Positions 40,485-54,204 of a DNA stretch of 64,000 bases are shown one piece after another. A program made the translations under genes and the position numbers. The notes below the pieces were generated by a model. The model worked only from the letters and a program-made list of their open reading frames with translations, did not search any database and was not told the origin of the DNA. How positions within the stretch are numbered: the stretch's first letter is position 1; every line of letters begins with the position of its first letter. Source of the DNA: Eledone cirrhosa (taxonomy: Eukaryota); contig OZ024740.1 of NCBI GenBank assembly GCA_964016885.1, positions 301,940,001 through 302,004,000 on the forward strand, written 5' to 3'.

Positions 40485-40630
40485 ATATACATCCCGCGCT
40501 GAAGATCCGCGAAGGTGAAACAATTGTTCTCTGTATGGTGAACTAACTGTTGTGTAACCACTTCTATCTAACTCGTCCCTTGGACTGAGTGCTCTACCAC
40601 TACGGATATTACCTTCCAGTGTTCCACCAC
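40485..40630 (+). mobile_element. Family G terminal fragment with minimal HHR; second copy on minus at 63930-64000, cut by the window edge
   Basis: CUGAAGA(40499-40505)-U-CC gcgaa GG-U-GAAA-CAAUUG-UU, with palindromic ACAAUUGU stem III. The 63930 copy keeps AG/CU stem I pairing. Confidence 0.7.
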
Positions 40631-40894
<264 letters not shown>

Positions 40895-41356
40895 ATATAT
40901 AAGTTTAAGGAACACAGATTCAGTGTTGCATCATAACATATTTAATAACATATGTTTCTCTATCGATCAGCTCGAGACAAGATCTATTATAGATCAAACC
41001 TGAATCGAAAGGTCATCAGATATTTACAGCATCTGAATTAGTGTCCGATTCTGTGTGTTCAAATCTTCAGCTATTAGCTATCTATAGCACATATTAGCTT
41101 CATGTTATATTATGCCCTTTCATTGGTTCTATTATCCTATCATCATCATCATCATAATCATTCTATTCTCGGGGTGGCGGCTGTCTATCCTCCGGTCAAG
41201 ATGTCGTGTGCGTTCGGGCGTGGGATTCGTTGGCCTGTCATTTACTACTAGATTTAATGTCCATATACCACCGATACCTACACATATACATATATAAATA
41301 TATATGATATGTTGATTTAAAACTGCACTATTCACAAGTGATTTTTAACTTTCATA

Positions 41357-42118
41357 TCATCATCATCATCATCATCACTGTTTTACGTCCGTTCTTCCAC
41401 GCTAGCATGGGTTAGACGGGTTGTCCTGTTGTGGGCAGTGTCTGGTCGGCTGACCATGCCTTGCTCATACAGGAACTGATTTGGCTTGATTTCTCCAGCT
41501 GGATGCCCTTCCTAACACCAACCTCATTTACAATGAATGCTGGGTGCTTTTTCGTGGCGCCTACATGTCCACTTTACAGTGTGGGCTGGGTGCTTTTTTG
41601 CTGTGGCACCTCCACGACCACCTTGCGGTGGGGGGTGTGGGGGCATATTGTATATATGCTTCAGCTTGTACCCATGGGAGGTCGGGTACTCTGTATTACT
41701 GCGTGACGCCAGATGTCACGGTCGTGTGTCATTGTCTTTGAGAGGTGCAATTGGGTAAGGTCGGCTTTTATCACCTCATCCCAGGTCATCTTGGGTCTCC
41801 CCACTCCGCGGTTTCCATCAACTTCTAGTGCTCTGCACCTTTTTATGCAGCTGTCATCCTTCATACGCATCACATGTCCATACCAGCGCAACCTCCTCTC
41901 CTGCACACAGCATTAGATTCCTCTTATGCTCAGTCTCTCTCTCAATTCATTTATGCTTTGTCGTTCACGTATATTACTGTTACACATCCATCAGAGCATG
42001 CAGGCTTCGTTTCTCTCTAATCTACGTAAGTCTTCCACCTTCAGCGCCCAGGTCTCACTACCATGCAGCATCGCTGTTCGGATACACGCATCATACAGTC
42101 TGCCTTTCATTCTCCTAT
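41357..42118 (-). mobile_element. RTE LINE 3' end with 3' UTR and (GAT)n tail
   Basis: ORF 41661-41906 'MQERRLRWYGHVMRM..GVGRPKMTWDEVIKADL..DRDIWR'. (CAT)n on plus at 41357-41377. Confidence 0.85.
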
Positions 42119-42140
42119 TAGATAAGTAGATAAATATACA

Positions 42141-42407
<267 letters not shown>

Positions 42408-42409
<2 letters not shown>

Positions 42410-43138
42410 TTTCATTTATTAGCCACCAGGGCCGACATGTAGGGGACAATACAAAGACAGGGACAGTGGGGGTTTACAATAAGGTCGAGTAAAAGTGCAC
42501 AATGGCAAGACTAATTTAACAATAAAAATATAATATAAACTATGCATAAATATAACAAAATAAATTCCCCGATAGGGGGTGTACGACCCTGGGGTGCTTC
42601 AGGTACCCCACCAATCCTGAACCACTTTGCGCTTCTAGGGCACCCAGGGAGAGCACCCCTCTCCTTAAGTTAGCCAGCCTATAGGCGCATGGTCAGAGTA
42701 GGCCCATTCACACGAGCCATTCTCGCCACATTCACCCACCTTTTAGCAAATGTACTGGGGGGCAGCACTTCTCTCTCCACCCTCATCTTCCTTTCCAGGT
42801 GAAACTTGAAGAAGTTGATGAGGGATTGGCCGAAGAGAAAAGTGTCTGTCTTTAGTCCTTTCAACCTGGTCCACCATATAATCTCTTTCGCAACTGCCAC
42901 CAGAGAGAGGAAAATTTCCTGCTCTTCCTGACCTAAGGAAGGCGGTGGATCGATCTTCACTATGGACTCGGCCGATAGCCGGATTCGTTCCACACGCGAC
43001 CGTAGCTGTTCGACATAACTCCACAAGTCAGTAACGCACGGACATTGGACAAGTGCGTGCAGAATGGTTTCGTCGTTCTGTGCGCATCTTGGGCAGATCC
43101 GTCTGACAGCACTTCCGTGCCTGTAGAGTTTATCCCGA
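42408..43138 (-). mobile_element. L1/Tx1-like LINE 3' end
   Basis: ORF 42679-43242 'RDKLYRHG..ICPRCAQNDETILHALVQCP..LW..IWWTR' carries the CCHC zinc knuckle typical of L1/Tx1 ORF2. (TAA)n on both sides. Confidence 0.8.
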
Positions 43139-43499
43139 ATAATAATAATAATAATAAATTTGAAGACTAAAATCCAAAGAGGGCTCGTTAAGGATAAATA
43201 TATGTCAAATATATTAGAACCGTAGTGCAAATATTTATTCAAATAACAGATTAAAGTTTAAGCAAAGAATCGCTGCTTTCACCCTTAACGGGATCTTCTG
43301 AAACTATCAAAGTCAATCTGTAAACGCAGAAGTGGATATTTCAAAAAACGTTGCAACCGGAGAAAGACAGGAAGACGATACTTTGGTTCGTGGAAAGGTT
43401 CCCTGGCATAAGCAGCGACTCTTTGATTAAACTTTAATCTGTTATTTTAATAAATATATATATATATATATATATATATCTGTATATATTTAAAATTAA

Positions 43500-43848
43500 G
43501 TATGTGTGTGGGTGTGTGTGTGTCTGTGTATTACCTATCCTACATCTTACGACCGATTTTCATGAAACTTTACAGGTTCATAGATTAGTCATCGGGAAAT
43601 GTTTTCTATATATCAGGGTATCGTTTTTTTTTTTATTCCAGGGTCATTCTGCAGATAAAAATCGATAGGGGGGGGTCACCCTTTTTTAGGTATCGGATAA
43701 TAAGATTTTTGGCTCTAGCTCCCACATTTTGCCACCGATTTCGTTCAAATTTTAAAGCAAAATAGAATTTGACATTGCACATCCTGTAATATGTTTATAT
43801 TTTACATTTATTGTTTAGGGACGGCGTAGCAGCCGCTTAAATATTCAA
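43500..43848 (+). mobile_element. Possible Helentron-associated (HINE/DINE-like) non-autonomous element
   Basis: GTGT/GTCT microsatellite, twice-repeated ACCGATTT(T)C.T.AAA.TTT motif, and a 3' GC hairpin CGGC GTAGCA GCCG. Confidence 0.4.
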
Positions 43849-43956
43849 AAATACCACTTTTAGACTGAAATTTCCACTTTTAACATACACCAACATACAT
43901 ATACCCACACATAAACATACACCTACATACATATACATATATACATACACATACAT

Positions 43957-44006
<50 letters not shown>

Positions 44007-45240
44007 GTACACACAGAAACGCACCCACATACACAGACACAGACGCATTTATTTTTGTCTATTAAACACACATGGCAAATTATGATTCTAAATTCAACTG
44101 ATATATGATGCTAACAGTGTAGTACATACATATAACTGGGTTAGCATGCCCAAATTCTACTCCCGAAGTAATATATATGTTTCCTACTTCCATCACACCA
44201 TACAGAAGCAGTATTCTGTCGCCTCAGTGAGTTAGATGATCCTACTCATGCATTTTGCCTAGTTAATTCTTTTAACCCATTCAATGAAGATTTGGTTCAC
44301 CCACTGAATGCGTAGTTCAACATAATCTTAGCTCTCAAGGAAGTGAAATGTACGCTCACTGATTTGTCGTGCCGAATATGTGTTCCCGTTACCACATGGC
44401 TCTTCACCATTATGATGCTTACCATACTGATTTCCGATGTGGCCAACACTATGAAGGCACCCTCATCCACGTGTGGAGATTCGGCTTTCAAGTGCCCCAC
44501 GCTCAGTGGTCTGCATTCAATGTCACTAAACTCCACACTAAAAAGGAAGTACGAAGACATACACAAGTTGTCAGAGTGGTCATAAAAGATAGGCCTAAAT
44601 GTTTCCGCTTGTTATGTGTTTAATTGTATAGCGGAATTGATGTCACTGTACATTGTACTGATCCACCATCTGAAGAAGAGACTAAAGATGACTGCTCTTT
44701 TGTAGCGGTAGTCTAATCTATTATGTTCTTCAGACTAATCTAAATCGATCTGGGTCTCTCTAGAGCTAGATCTATTTTGAACATATTAAACTATGTACAT
44801 CATATGGTGAATCTCGTCCTGGACAGAAATATATGGGATCATGCCTTCGTGCGTCGTGAGTTAGACTACCGACAAAAATCACCAATCTCAATGTGGGGAA
44901 TGTTTCTGTAAAACGGTGTGTCGAGCAGATTTAGGAAACTAAAATTGTGAATTATGACCTCTTTGTTCTGGTTTTTTCGTCGCAGCTTCATAATTCCTCT
45001 GTTTAGGCGCCTAAAATTGTTGCTATTATGCATACCGATTATAGAAAGGATAACGTTAATAGTATTGTGTACAAATATATCGACATTTATTCTTAATGAA
45101 ATGCAATGTGGAATCAATATTGCGTCAATATGATGTTTGAAGCGGAAATGACGTCAGCTCGATTGTGCAAATATAATATATTGAATATATTTACAAAACA
45201 CTCGGTTTTGTTCAGCTTCTAAATTAGTTAAAGTCCTGAA

Positions 45241-45400
45241 TAATAATTGTTTCTACTATTGGCACAAGGCCAGCAATTATCCAGTACATTACTGGTACTT
45301 TATTTTATCGACCCCGTAAGGATGAAAGGCAAAGTTAACCTCGGCGGGATTTGAACTCAGAATAGCAAGGGCCGTAACTCTATGCGTCAAAGCATGGCGT
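45241..45400 (-). mobile_element. SINE family 1
   Basis: Reverse-complement family consensus. Confidence 0.85.
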
Positions 45401-46373
45401 AGGCATATTCTGTTTAATATGTTTTCTCTTGAATAGTTATTCTTCATGCAAGAAATGAAATGATATTCTACTGTTTCTACTATTCTATTTTCTAGTATGT
45501 TGTGCTACAGATGCTTTTTTAATCTAAATGGGATATTTCATATCATTGCTGTGTAAATCATAAGAATATAATCTAAGCGTATTGAATTACAACACAGGAT
45601 TAAGTCATAGGAAAAATAGTTTTACTTCATTTTAAATTTTTATTGAAACTGTTTATTTACATTTTCTAAAATAATCCTTTAACTCTTCAAATATCTTTCA
45701 AAACGAATGGAAAGCTGTATGTGGAGGAACAACTCAAATGACAACAAAACAATTATTAATATATTACAAAACCGAAGGTCCCAAGGAGACCATCATATTC
45801 AAACTGAGGAATTAGAAAAAATACTGATTTTGTTGATTGGAGCTTATATGATGCAACCTATTAATGGCACTGCCAAAAATAACACTAGAGTATGTTTCCA
45901 TAGGGACCATTGAGTTTCTTAGTTTTCATATATTGTTGTTATATGTGCCGTAGAAATGAGCCTGTTTTTACCGATATGTTTGTGCACAGATTTCATGTTG
46001 ACATAGATTAAAATATGTTGCAAGCGTTGTTTTCTTTTGGCTGTTGTATTTGCTGTATTGCAGGATCATGAATGATGGATTATGTCCCTTGAATAAGAAA
46101 CCTAAAATATTCGCCACAAAACTGTTTATGCATTGCACATGCTACAGGTGAATAATTTCATCATTGTAGCGCCAAATCCCTTCTTACTTGTTCAAAATGT
46201 TAATCGATAACGCCTTTGAAATAAATAGTTTCGATTAACTGATTACGGAGATCACACGTTATTTTTCTTTTTTATCTAGATGTTCGACGTAGATAAAACA
46301 TAGTGCATATTGCCGGCACTCAATGTTACAAGGGGTCATTTAGCAAGTTGGATAAGTAGGAATTGGCATGACC

Positions 46374-46565
46374 AATAATTGTTTCTACTTTTGCACAAGG
46401 CAGCAATTAATCCAGGGCATTACGGGTACTTCATTTTATCGACACCGTAAGGATGAAAGGCAAAGTTAACCTCGACGGGATTTGAACTCAGACCGTAAAG
46501 GGCCGCAAACTGTGCGTAACTCAAACCATGGCATCCGACCCTCTACCGATATTGCCAATTCACCT
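46374..46565 (-). mobile_element. SINE family 1
   Basis: Reverse-complement family consensus including the A box. Confidence 0.85.
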
Positions 46566-48592
46566 GTTCATTGACATGAGCAATAATGAACAATCAACGG
46601 TGCTTTTAATGTTAACGGACGAGGGCGTAGAATCCATTGCGTTTAGCAAGGAACTGAGCTATAGTGAATCCTATATTGAAGAAAAGCTAATAGAGGATTA
46701 AGAAATTGGTGTTATAAAATCACGTTCGATGTGTTAGCGTATGACTTTCCACTAAATATGACACGTATTTCATTGTTTAAGTTAATGCGCTTATTCTATG
46801 CATCAAAGGGAAACACCTTTTCATTATGTTATATTATGAATGACACTACATATATATTTATTCTAACTAGAGGCTACCTTCATTCATTTCGGTTAACCCC
46901 TTTACTATCTTCATTTGTTATGCTATTTTGAAAATATGGCATCGACAAAAAATAGTGAGAGTTTGCGAAAGTTCTCGATTGAATCAGTTTGATATTACTC
47001 TACTTCAGTTTATTAAAGGGAATTAGCTTATCCACTATAAATAACGCCATATCTACATATGAAGTCATTGTACATGGGGGAAGGTATGTGCTACATTAAT
47101 TGTCAATTTACAATTATTTTCCCCAAAATATTATACAATTTTATTGTCGTTTATTGAGAAATTATAAGGAAAAGCGTACTGGATATGATGTTATATAATT
47201 ACATGTAGCCTGTCCAGATTATCTTAATAAATATATTGGGGAGTTATAGGAACTAAGACTCCTGCAAAGAAATACAACGAAAGATCAACAATTAATTTTA
47301 ACCCATGATCCAGTAGTTTCAGTCTGTTAGTTAATTTCGTCTGTTAGTTGAGTCATAGGTTAGATATAATTATTAATACGGTAGCAAATATGTGAACATT
47401 ACTTCCAGATGTTTAAATGAGATGGTTGACATATCTCATTTGTAATGTCTCCCTATACAAATAGGTTTAAGATCTCTAACTGTTTGGTAAAAATGCATTT
47501 GAAAAGGCATCAGAAACTAATAGACGTGTTCTATCGCACATTTACATCTAACAACAAGGTCTTCACCAATGCAAATTTGACCAAATTTCAACATACTACG
47601 ATAATTGGCACAATAAATGTACATAACCTACGTTTATTTTCCCTGTTGAAAGCCCAAATAGATATATTATGAAACTAATCGAATACATTGGCCTACAAGA
47701 ATTTGCCTAACTATATACTAATGTACCAGCATCGTTTCTATGGTGGGCGTATGCAATTTGTGACTAAAGTGTCGTTCAATTGAGTTTTCCTCTAAATGTA
47801 TCGAGAGATTTAAGATATAACATAAAATATTGAATTGCAGTTTTCTACCAATAAAATTCTATCCAATACAACTACTGCATTATTTTATCAATAGACGAAC
47901 ATTCACACACACATAAATGTATCTTACACATATGTCCATTTAATGGTCAGCTATAATAGACGTTACTGGACATCAAAAGAACAATAGATTCATATATATA
48001 TATGTATGTGTGTGTGTATATGCTATTTAGTGATTCACTTTCTAATTAAATTGATTTACCGTCCAAAACAGATACGATTGTCTATAATTAAATATTTTGA
48101 AAGATGTTTCCATCTAGTAGTTACACCACAAACTAGTAGATATTCGCGTGAAGGTATTTATTATTATTTCAATATACTCAAATCAATGTTTGCAGAGAAT
48201 AAGAGATTTTAGATGATTTTGAACAAATATTAAACATTCGTTCATATAAAGACAATCAATACATCTATCATGCGTACGAGCGCAAAAGAATGCGTCAGTA
48301 TTGTTGCAGGGGCGGTGTGTGTATGTTTGTATGTGCATATATTATTATGGCAGTATTTGCGGTAACTAATATTTCAAATATATCAAATATATATAAGATT
48401 CTCATACGGCCTGATTCATAATATAGCCGACATTATTGAGCATGTGTAATCAATCATATGGAGAGGTACTGTTTCTTTTTACTTAATCATCATAAACTCG
48501 TCACACAGCTCAATAACAGTTATAAACATATACACGCAAACATATATATATATGTGTGTATATATATGTGTGTGTACATATATATATATATA

Positions 48593-50693
48593 TTGAAGAG
48601 TTAAACAATGAGTATATCAAAAAATGAGTTTTACAGTAGATTCGAAGCCCTGTAACATGGCCCAAAACATCGCCAAATTAAACACTAAAATCCTAAAACA
48701 AAACCAGCATAATGATACTAATAATAGAGTTAACATAAATGATACTAAACCTAAATGTAATTGTTTGAAATAAAACTGATTGCCCTTTGCAAAATAATTG
48801 TTTAGATAGTAATTTGGTTCATAAATGCACCGTAAAAACTGATCACAACACATACAACTACATAGGATCCACTTCTTCCACTTTTAAAGCCAGATTTGCG
48901 AATCATTCTCGAACTCAAAGAGGAAATCATCCACTTCTTTATCACAGCTCATATGGTCATTAAAAGAGAAGAATTTAAAATACTCCTTTCTTTGGACAAA
49001 ACTTCGTATATCAAACTCTAGTATATCAAATAACTGCGCACTCTGTAAAATGGAGACCCTGTTGATTATTAATAACTACGAGACCCTAATTAACAAAAAA
49101 AGTAAATTATTCTCTAGTTGCCTCCACAAAGTTACGTCCACATTCTTAGCCTCCCGCAAAACGAGAAAAAAAAGAGAGAGAAACACTAAACCATTAAAAA
49201 CTTGGTTGTCAGACGTATATAATCAACAGGGAAAACCTTTATTGGCCTTTAATATTGCACTATCTTATAACTATCTATAGAAGAAATAACGCTCGAATGA
49301 ATGAAAGACACTTGTTCAATAACATGCCGGAACATTGATACACATAACATTATCCTGTTAACTTTGATCCATACCATTATTTCTTTATTTCTCTATCCTT
49401 AACTTCCTATTTAAGTTTTAAATCCGTGTTTTGCATCCAACCCTTACATCTTTACTGAACTTATTTATAACTGTAAATTTTTCATGCGTTTCTGATCTCT
49501 TATTTATAATATGTATGTAATTATATTTGTTATGTTTTTAAATATACCTACCGCATTCTTATATCCATGATTCAAATATATAGCAAATATCCAAATTATA
49601 AATTATTATAAACATTATTTCGAACTATGAATTATCCATGCATTTATTATTGTTTTTCTTATATATATATATATATGTATTTAAATTTAACACGTAGAAC
49701 TTTATTATATAAAATTATAACCGTTATCATTTACCTAAAGTATACTGTATCACTAATACATAATATAAGATATACCCATATATAACTCCCAAGTATATTT
49801 ATATACATAATTTTCAGTTAACTTCTAAATTTCTTGATTGTTTTTACCTAGGAATAATTAAAACATGCACACACGGTTGTATATGGGTATATATTTAGTT
49901 TTATCATGCCTCAACCAATTATTTTATTTTTATTTTATTTTCATTATCATTTACCTAAAATATACTGGCTCATTAATTAATTAATATATATCTATATACA
50001 TAACCGTTATTTAGTTTTTTATAACAATAAGTACTTCAAAAACTTTATATACCTAATACGTTGACAATAACTAACTTCATTAAAGATTACATTTAGGAAA
50101 ATATTCAACAGTGTAAACTTTCCTTAATAATGGCCAGCTAAATCCTTTTAATCGTATCATCAAAAAATTCAGAAGCTTAGAAATGTTATGAGATTTACAA
50201 AACTAATATACAAATAACCACCAATTTAAAAAAAACTCCTAAAACATTGATTCTTCAACCTAAGATAACATAAATTAAATATTTTCAAACTTAACCGTTT
50301 AACTTTCGGGAAAAAAATCTTCTTCTGCATACATTACCCCCCCCCCCTCCCTTCTCTCACTGACTGTTATAATTCATGAAATGGTTTCCTAGATAAATTG
50401 TAGTATCATACATATTAAAATCTCGATAGCTGGTACATTAAGCAACGTTTTTCTTACTCACACATTCTCTATTGAATTTATTACGTTTTGGCATTTTGTC
50501 ATTATTAGGGTATAAATGTTAAATTTTCTCTTAGGTTAATCACTACGTTGTTTAAATCTTAACCATTTAACATCTCAGGGTATGTCATATATCATTATAT
50601 TTTGTCTGATGAGGACGTACTGTTGTACATCCGAAATATGTATATTAAAATGTAATTGATCAAAAGAACATCTATTTTATTAATATTTATATT

Positions 50694-50696
<3 letters not shown>
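48593..50696 (+). mobile_element. 5'-truncated Penelope-like element: decayed C-terminal GIY-YIG endonuclease (~48655-49140), AT-rich 3' region and terminal HHR
   Basis: Hand translation across two frameshifts: NMAQNIAKLNTKIL..CNC-x5-CPLQNNCLDSNLVHKCTV..YNYIGSTSSTFKARFANH..STSLSQLIWSLKEKN..W..CALCKME..LINKKSKLFSSCLHK. TA tracts on both sides. Confidence 0.85.
50600..50650 (+). ncRNA. Type I hammerhead ribozyme, slightly decayed (family E)
   Basis: UUUUGU-CUGAUGA(50606-50612)-GGAcGUAC uguu GUACaUCC-GAAA(50633-50636)-UAUGUA-UA-uUAAAA. Confidence 0.75.
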
Positions 50697-50784
<88 letters not shown>

Positions 50785-50843
50785 TGTTATACTTGGAGAG
50801 GGTCATATTTGTGTAATATTGTCAGAATTAATATTCATGGCCG

Positions 50844-50881
<38 letters not shown>

Positions 50882-50884
<3 letters not shown>

Positions 50885-53800
50885 ATCTAAGGCGGGTAAA
50901 ATTCCCGACATCCATGGACGAGTTCTCTCCAGCGGTCTCTGTCCCTCATTATCGCTGCCATGTCCTGCATTTCCAACAGACCAGTGTCTGTCCTTAGGGC
51001 ATCAACATACGTTAACCTTGGTCTTTTTCTTCTAGTGTGTCCATGTAGGGGTTCCCAAAGGAGTACTGAGTGCAATGTCAACTCTGCATGTCGGTGAGCA
51101 TCTCCAGCTAACCTCAGTCTCCTCTGTGTCACTTTTGAGCTGACTTTTGGGATGCTCCCATACAGCTCTGAGTTTTTCATCCTCAGTGTATAATGATTAA
51201 TGTTAAGAGCCATCCTCAGCATTCTCGTGTAGCACCCATCCACCATCTGAGTGAGTTTCTTGGTCAGTGTCCAAGTCTCAGACCCATACAGCAGCACAGA
51301 CTCCACTACAGCAATGAAGAGGCGGATTTTCAGGTCTCTACGAAGGTCCGACTTCCACACCGATCTCAAACTGTGGCATGCCGCCCAGGCCTTGCTCTTC
51401 CGCTCAACCACATCATCTTCCGTATTCCCAATCTTTGCTCCCAAATACAGGAAGTCCTCAACCAATTCCAGCGGCTTCCCGCCTACATTAGTGATCCCCT
51501 CTGGCCTCTCAACATTCTCTACCAGATATTTTGTTTTAGTCTCATTCATTCTCAGCCCCACACTCATCGACACAGTCTCAACCTCCCGCATCAAATCCTG
51601 TGCCTCCTTCATTGTATTTGTCCCAAAACTATGTCGTCGGCAAACTCAGCATCCTATACCTTTTTCGCCCTAACTCTCCTGCTCTGAGCCGGTGCTATAG
51701 TAAAGCCAGAGTCCTGGTGTTTCTCCAGTGCAAGGCGCATACAATAGTCCACTACGATGATAAAAAGGTAGGGAGCCAATGTATCTCCCTGGAGCACTCC
51801 AGCCAGTATCTCAAAGAACTCTGTCATCCCATCAGGTGTAATGACTTGGGCTTTGGTGTTGGTGTAGAGCAGTGATATCAGGTCCACTATCTTCTTGGGG
51901 ATTCCATAAGCCTGTAAGATCTTCATCAGGCAGTAACGGTCCACAGAATCAAAGGCCTTCCTAAAGTCAATGAAAACCATGACCGCAGGAAGGCACTTTG
52001 CTCTAGCTCCCTCTAATATCCTCCTCAGCATCAGGATGTGACTGGTGGTTGATCTACCCTCTCTGAAGCCGTTCTGGTTGTCCCTGAGCTTCTTCTCCAT
52101 CTTAGGCTGGATCCTGTTAAGAATCATCCTGTTGGGGGTCTTTGCCACAAGTGACGTCAGTGAGATCCCCCGGTAGTTGTTGGTGTCAGAGAGATCTCCC
52201 TTCTTTGGCAATGGGACAATGTTACTGATCCTCCACTAATTCGGGGCAACTCCTTTCTCCAGTGCCCCGTTACAGAACCCCAGGATGATATCATCAAAAT
52301 CACACCTCTTAATCACCTCTGATGCCACTCCATCTTCTCCATGAGCCTTGCCCTCGTTGATCCTCTTCTTGGCTCTCTGAAGCTCCTCTCTGGTGAAGGG
52401 CTCTGTCTCAACATCCAGTTCCTCAAACAGCCGCCTGATCTCCCCAGTGCTCTGGGCTGTGGAGGGTGGCTCTCCTAGTAGGGTCCTAAAATGCTCTAGC
52501 CATTTCCTCTTCCTATCCTCGGGCCCCGTTCCCTGGATCTGACTCGAACACCTTCTCTTTCTGCCTGTGATCTCGTTGATGATCATCCAGCTCTCCTTAC
52601 ATCCAGATCTGTCCACCGCTCTCTCCACACTTCTGATCTTCTATATCAGTGCCTCCTCTCTGACCTCAGTGTAAGTGGTACAGAGCTCTTCCCTCATCAC
52701 CTCCACAGTCTCCACCCTCTCCTCCGTAGGATCAGCATAGAATTGGTCCTTGGCAGCTTTCAGGTGTTCTCTGGCTGCACACACTTTTGGGTTTGCAGAG
52801 CTGACGTGCTTCCCTTTATTCTTTTTCCTCGGCACCTGGGTTTCACTTGCTTCCGCCACTGCATTGGCGAAGTGCCCGTACCTCCTCGTCACACTCTCCT
52901 CAGTCCATCCGATCTCTCTCTCCTCTGACTCTCCACACAGAGCACTAAACCTGTTTCTCACTTCCACTGTGAACCTCTCCTGTAGCTTATCATCTTCCTT
53001 GAAAGCTCCCCAGTCATAGATTGTTCTCCGGGGCTGAGCCTTGTTCTTTCTTAAGCTCACGCGGACCTCACTCATAACAAGCCGGTGGTCACTACCCAGT
53101 GTACTGAAATAGCTGTATGGTTCCGTGTTCAGAACACTATTCCGCCACTTTTTCCTCACCAGAATGAAATAAATCTGGGACTTGGACAGGTGCATATCTG
53201 AGATGTTGGTCCACATCTTCCCCAGATTCTTCCTAAACCTTAGGTTGGTCGCCATCAAGTTCGCCTCCAGCAGGGTGTCTCTCAGTAGTCTTCCATTTCG
53301 GTTGGTGTTGTTATGGAAGTACCAGCAAGTATCTTCACTGCCCTCCTTACTCAGATGTGCATTGAAGTCCCCCAAAACAAGCAGGATATTGTGTGCCTGA
53401 GTGGTGTTGACAGCTCTACACACCTCCTCATGGAACACTTCCGCATTCACATCGCTGTCCCCCTCGGTTGGACTATAGGCTGAGATGACTGTCAGTCTTG
53501 GGTTTCCATTGAAGGTCACCCTCAACACTCGCGGGGAGATAGGCATTATTTCCCTCACCAACAGATTGGTTTTTGCACTGAACACAAAACCCACTCCTCC
53601 TACTGCAGCATTTGTTGTGTTCTTCACTGCTGATGTAGTGATGAGCTGGCTCTTCTTCCCAATCATCACACTCCTCACGTGCTCATCGTGTAGAATCCTG
53701 TGTTCTTGGATCACAAGTATCTGTATACCACTCTCCTCGAACAGATGTCCTAACTCCTCTCTCTTCTCCAGCGTCCGAATAGTCCTCACATTCAAAGTGC

Positions 53801-54190
53801 CCATTTTGATGGCTCTTCTGCAGGACAAAACTGCATTCTTTATATTTGTTTCAGAGACAGCTGATCCATCATCCACTGGCCCTCTCTGTGGCTCTAAGCC
53901 AGCAGAGTCATAACGACCAGGCTGCTCCTTGACAGTGTCATTAGGGGCTCTAACCCTAGTGCTGTTAGATCGACTCTCCATATTTCTTTTCAATGGCTGA
54001 CAATACCTTACCGGCGCCACTCGAATAAGGTAGTTATTTAACCCATAAACGGAGCCCTAACAGGTACTACCACCCCGGGCCAGGGCAGACCTGGGAGTCA
54101 TGACAACTAAGGCGTAACTCCACATTCCCCACATCTCCTGAACTCCCGAACTGGAGCCTTGCCACTGGATGTAGTTTAATGTCATACCCA
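50882..54190 (-). mobile_element. Near full-length RTE-clade LINE (APE + RT), inactivated
   Basis: ORF pieces 52641-54020 (TLNVRT, IQEH, AYSPT, GDFN, SDH), 52236-52628, 51654-52211 (NYRGISL, QNGFR, FIDFRKAFDSV, GVLQGDTLAP), FADD ~51633-51644, and 50887-51612. Three in-frame stops plus one frameshift. (TA)n flanks. Confidence 0.95.
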
Positions 54191-54204
54191 TATATATATA
54201 TATG

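Noticed and set aside
40985-41025. Hammerhead-like CUGAUGA on the minus strand
   Set aside because: No GAAA half or stem III follows the putative stem II.
54040-54190. HDV-like ribozyme in the 5' UTR of the first RTE
   Set aside because: GC-rich and probably structured, but I could not build a convincing double-pseudoknot by hand. It needs a covariance-model search.
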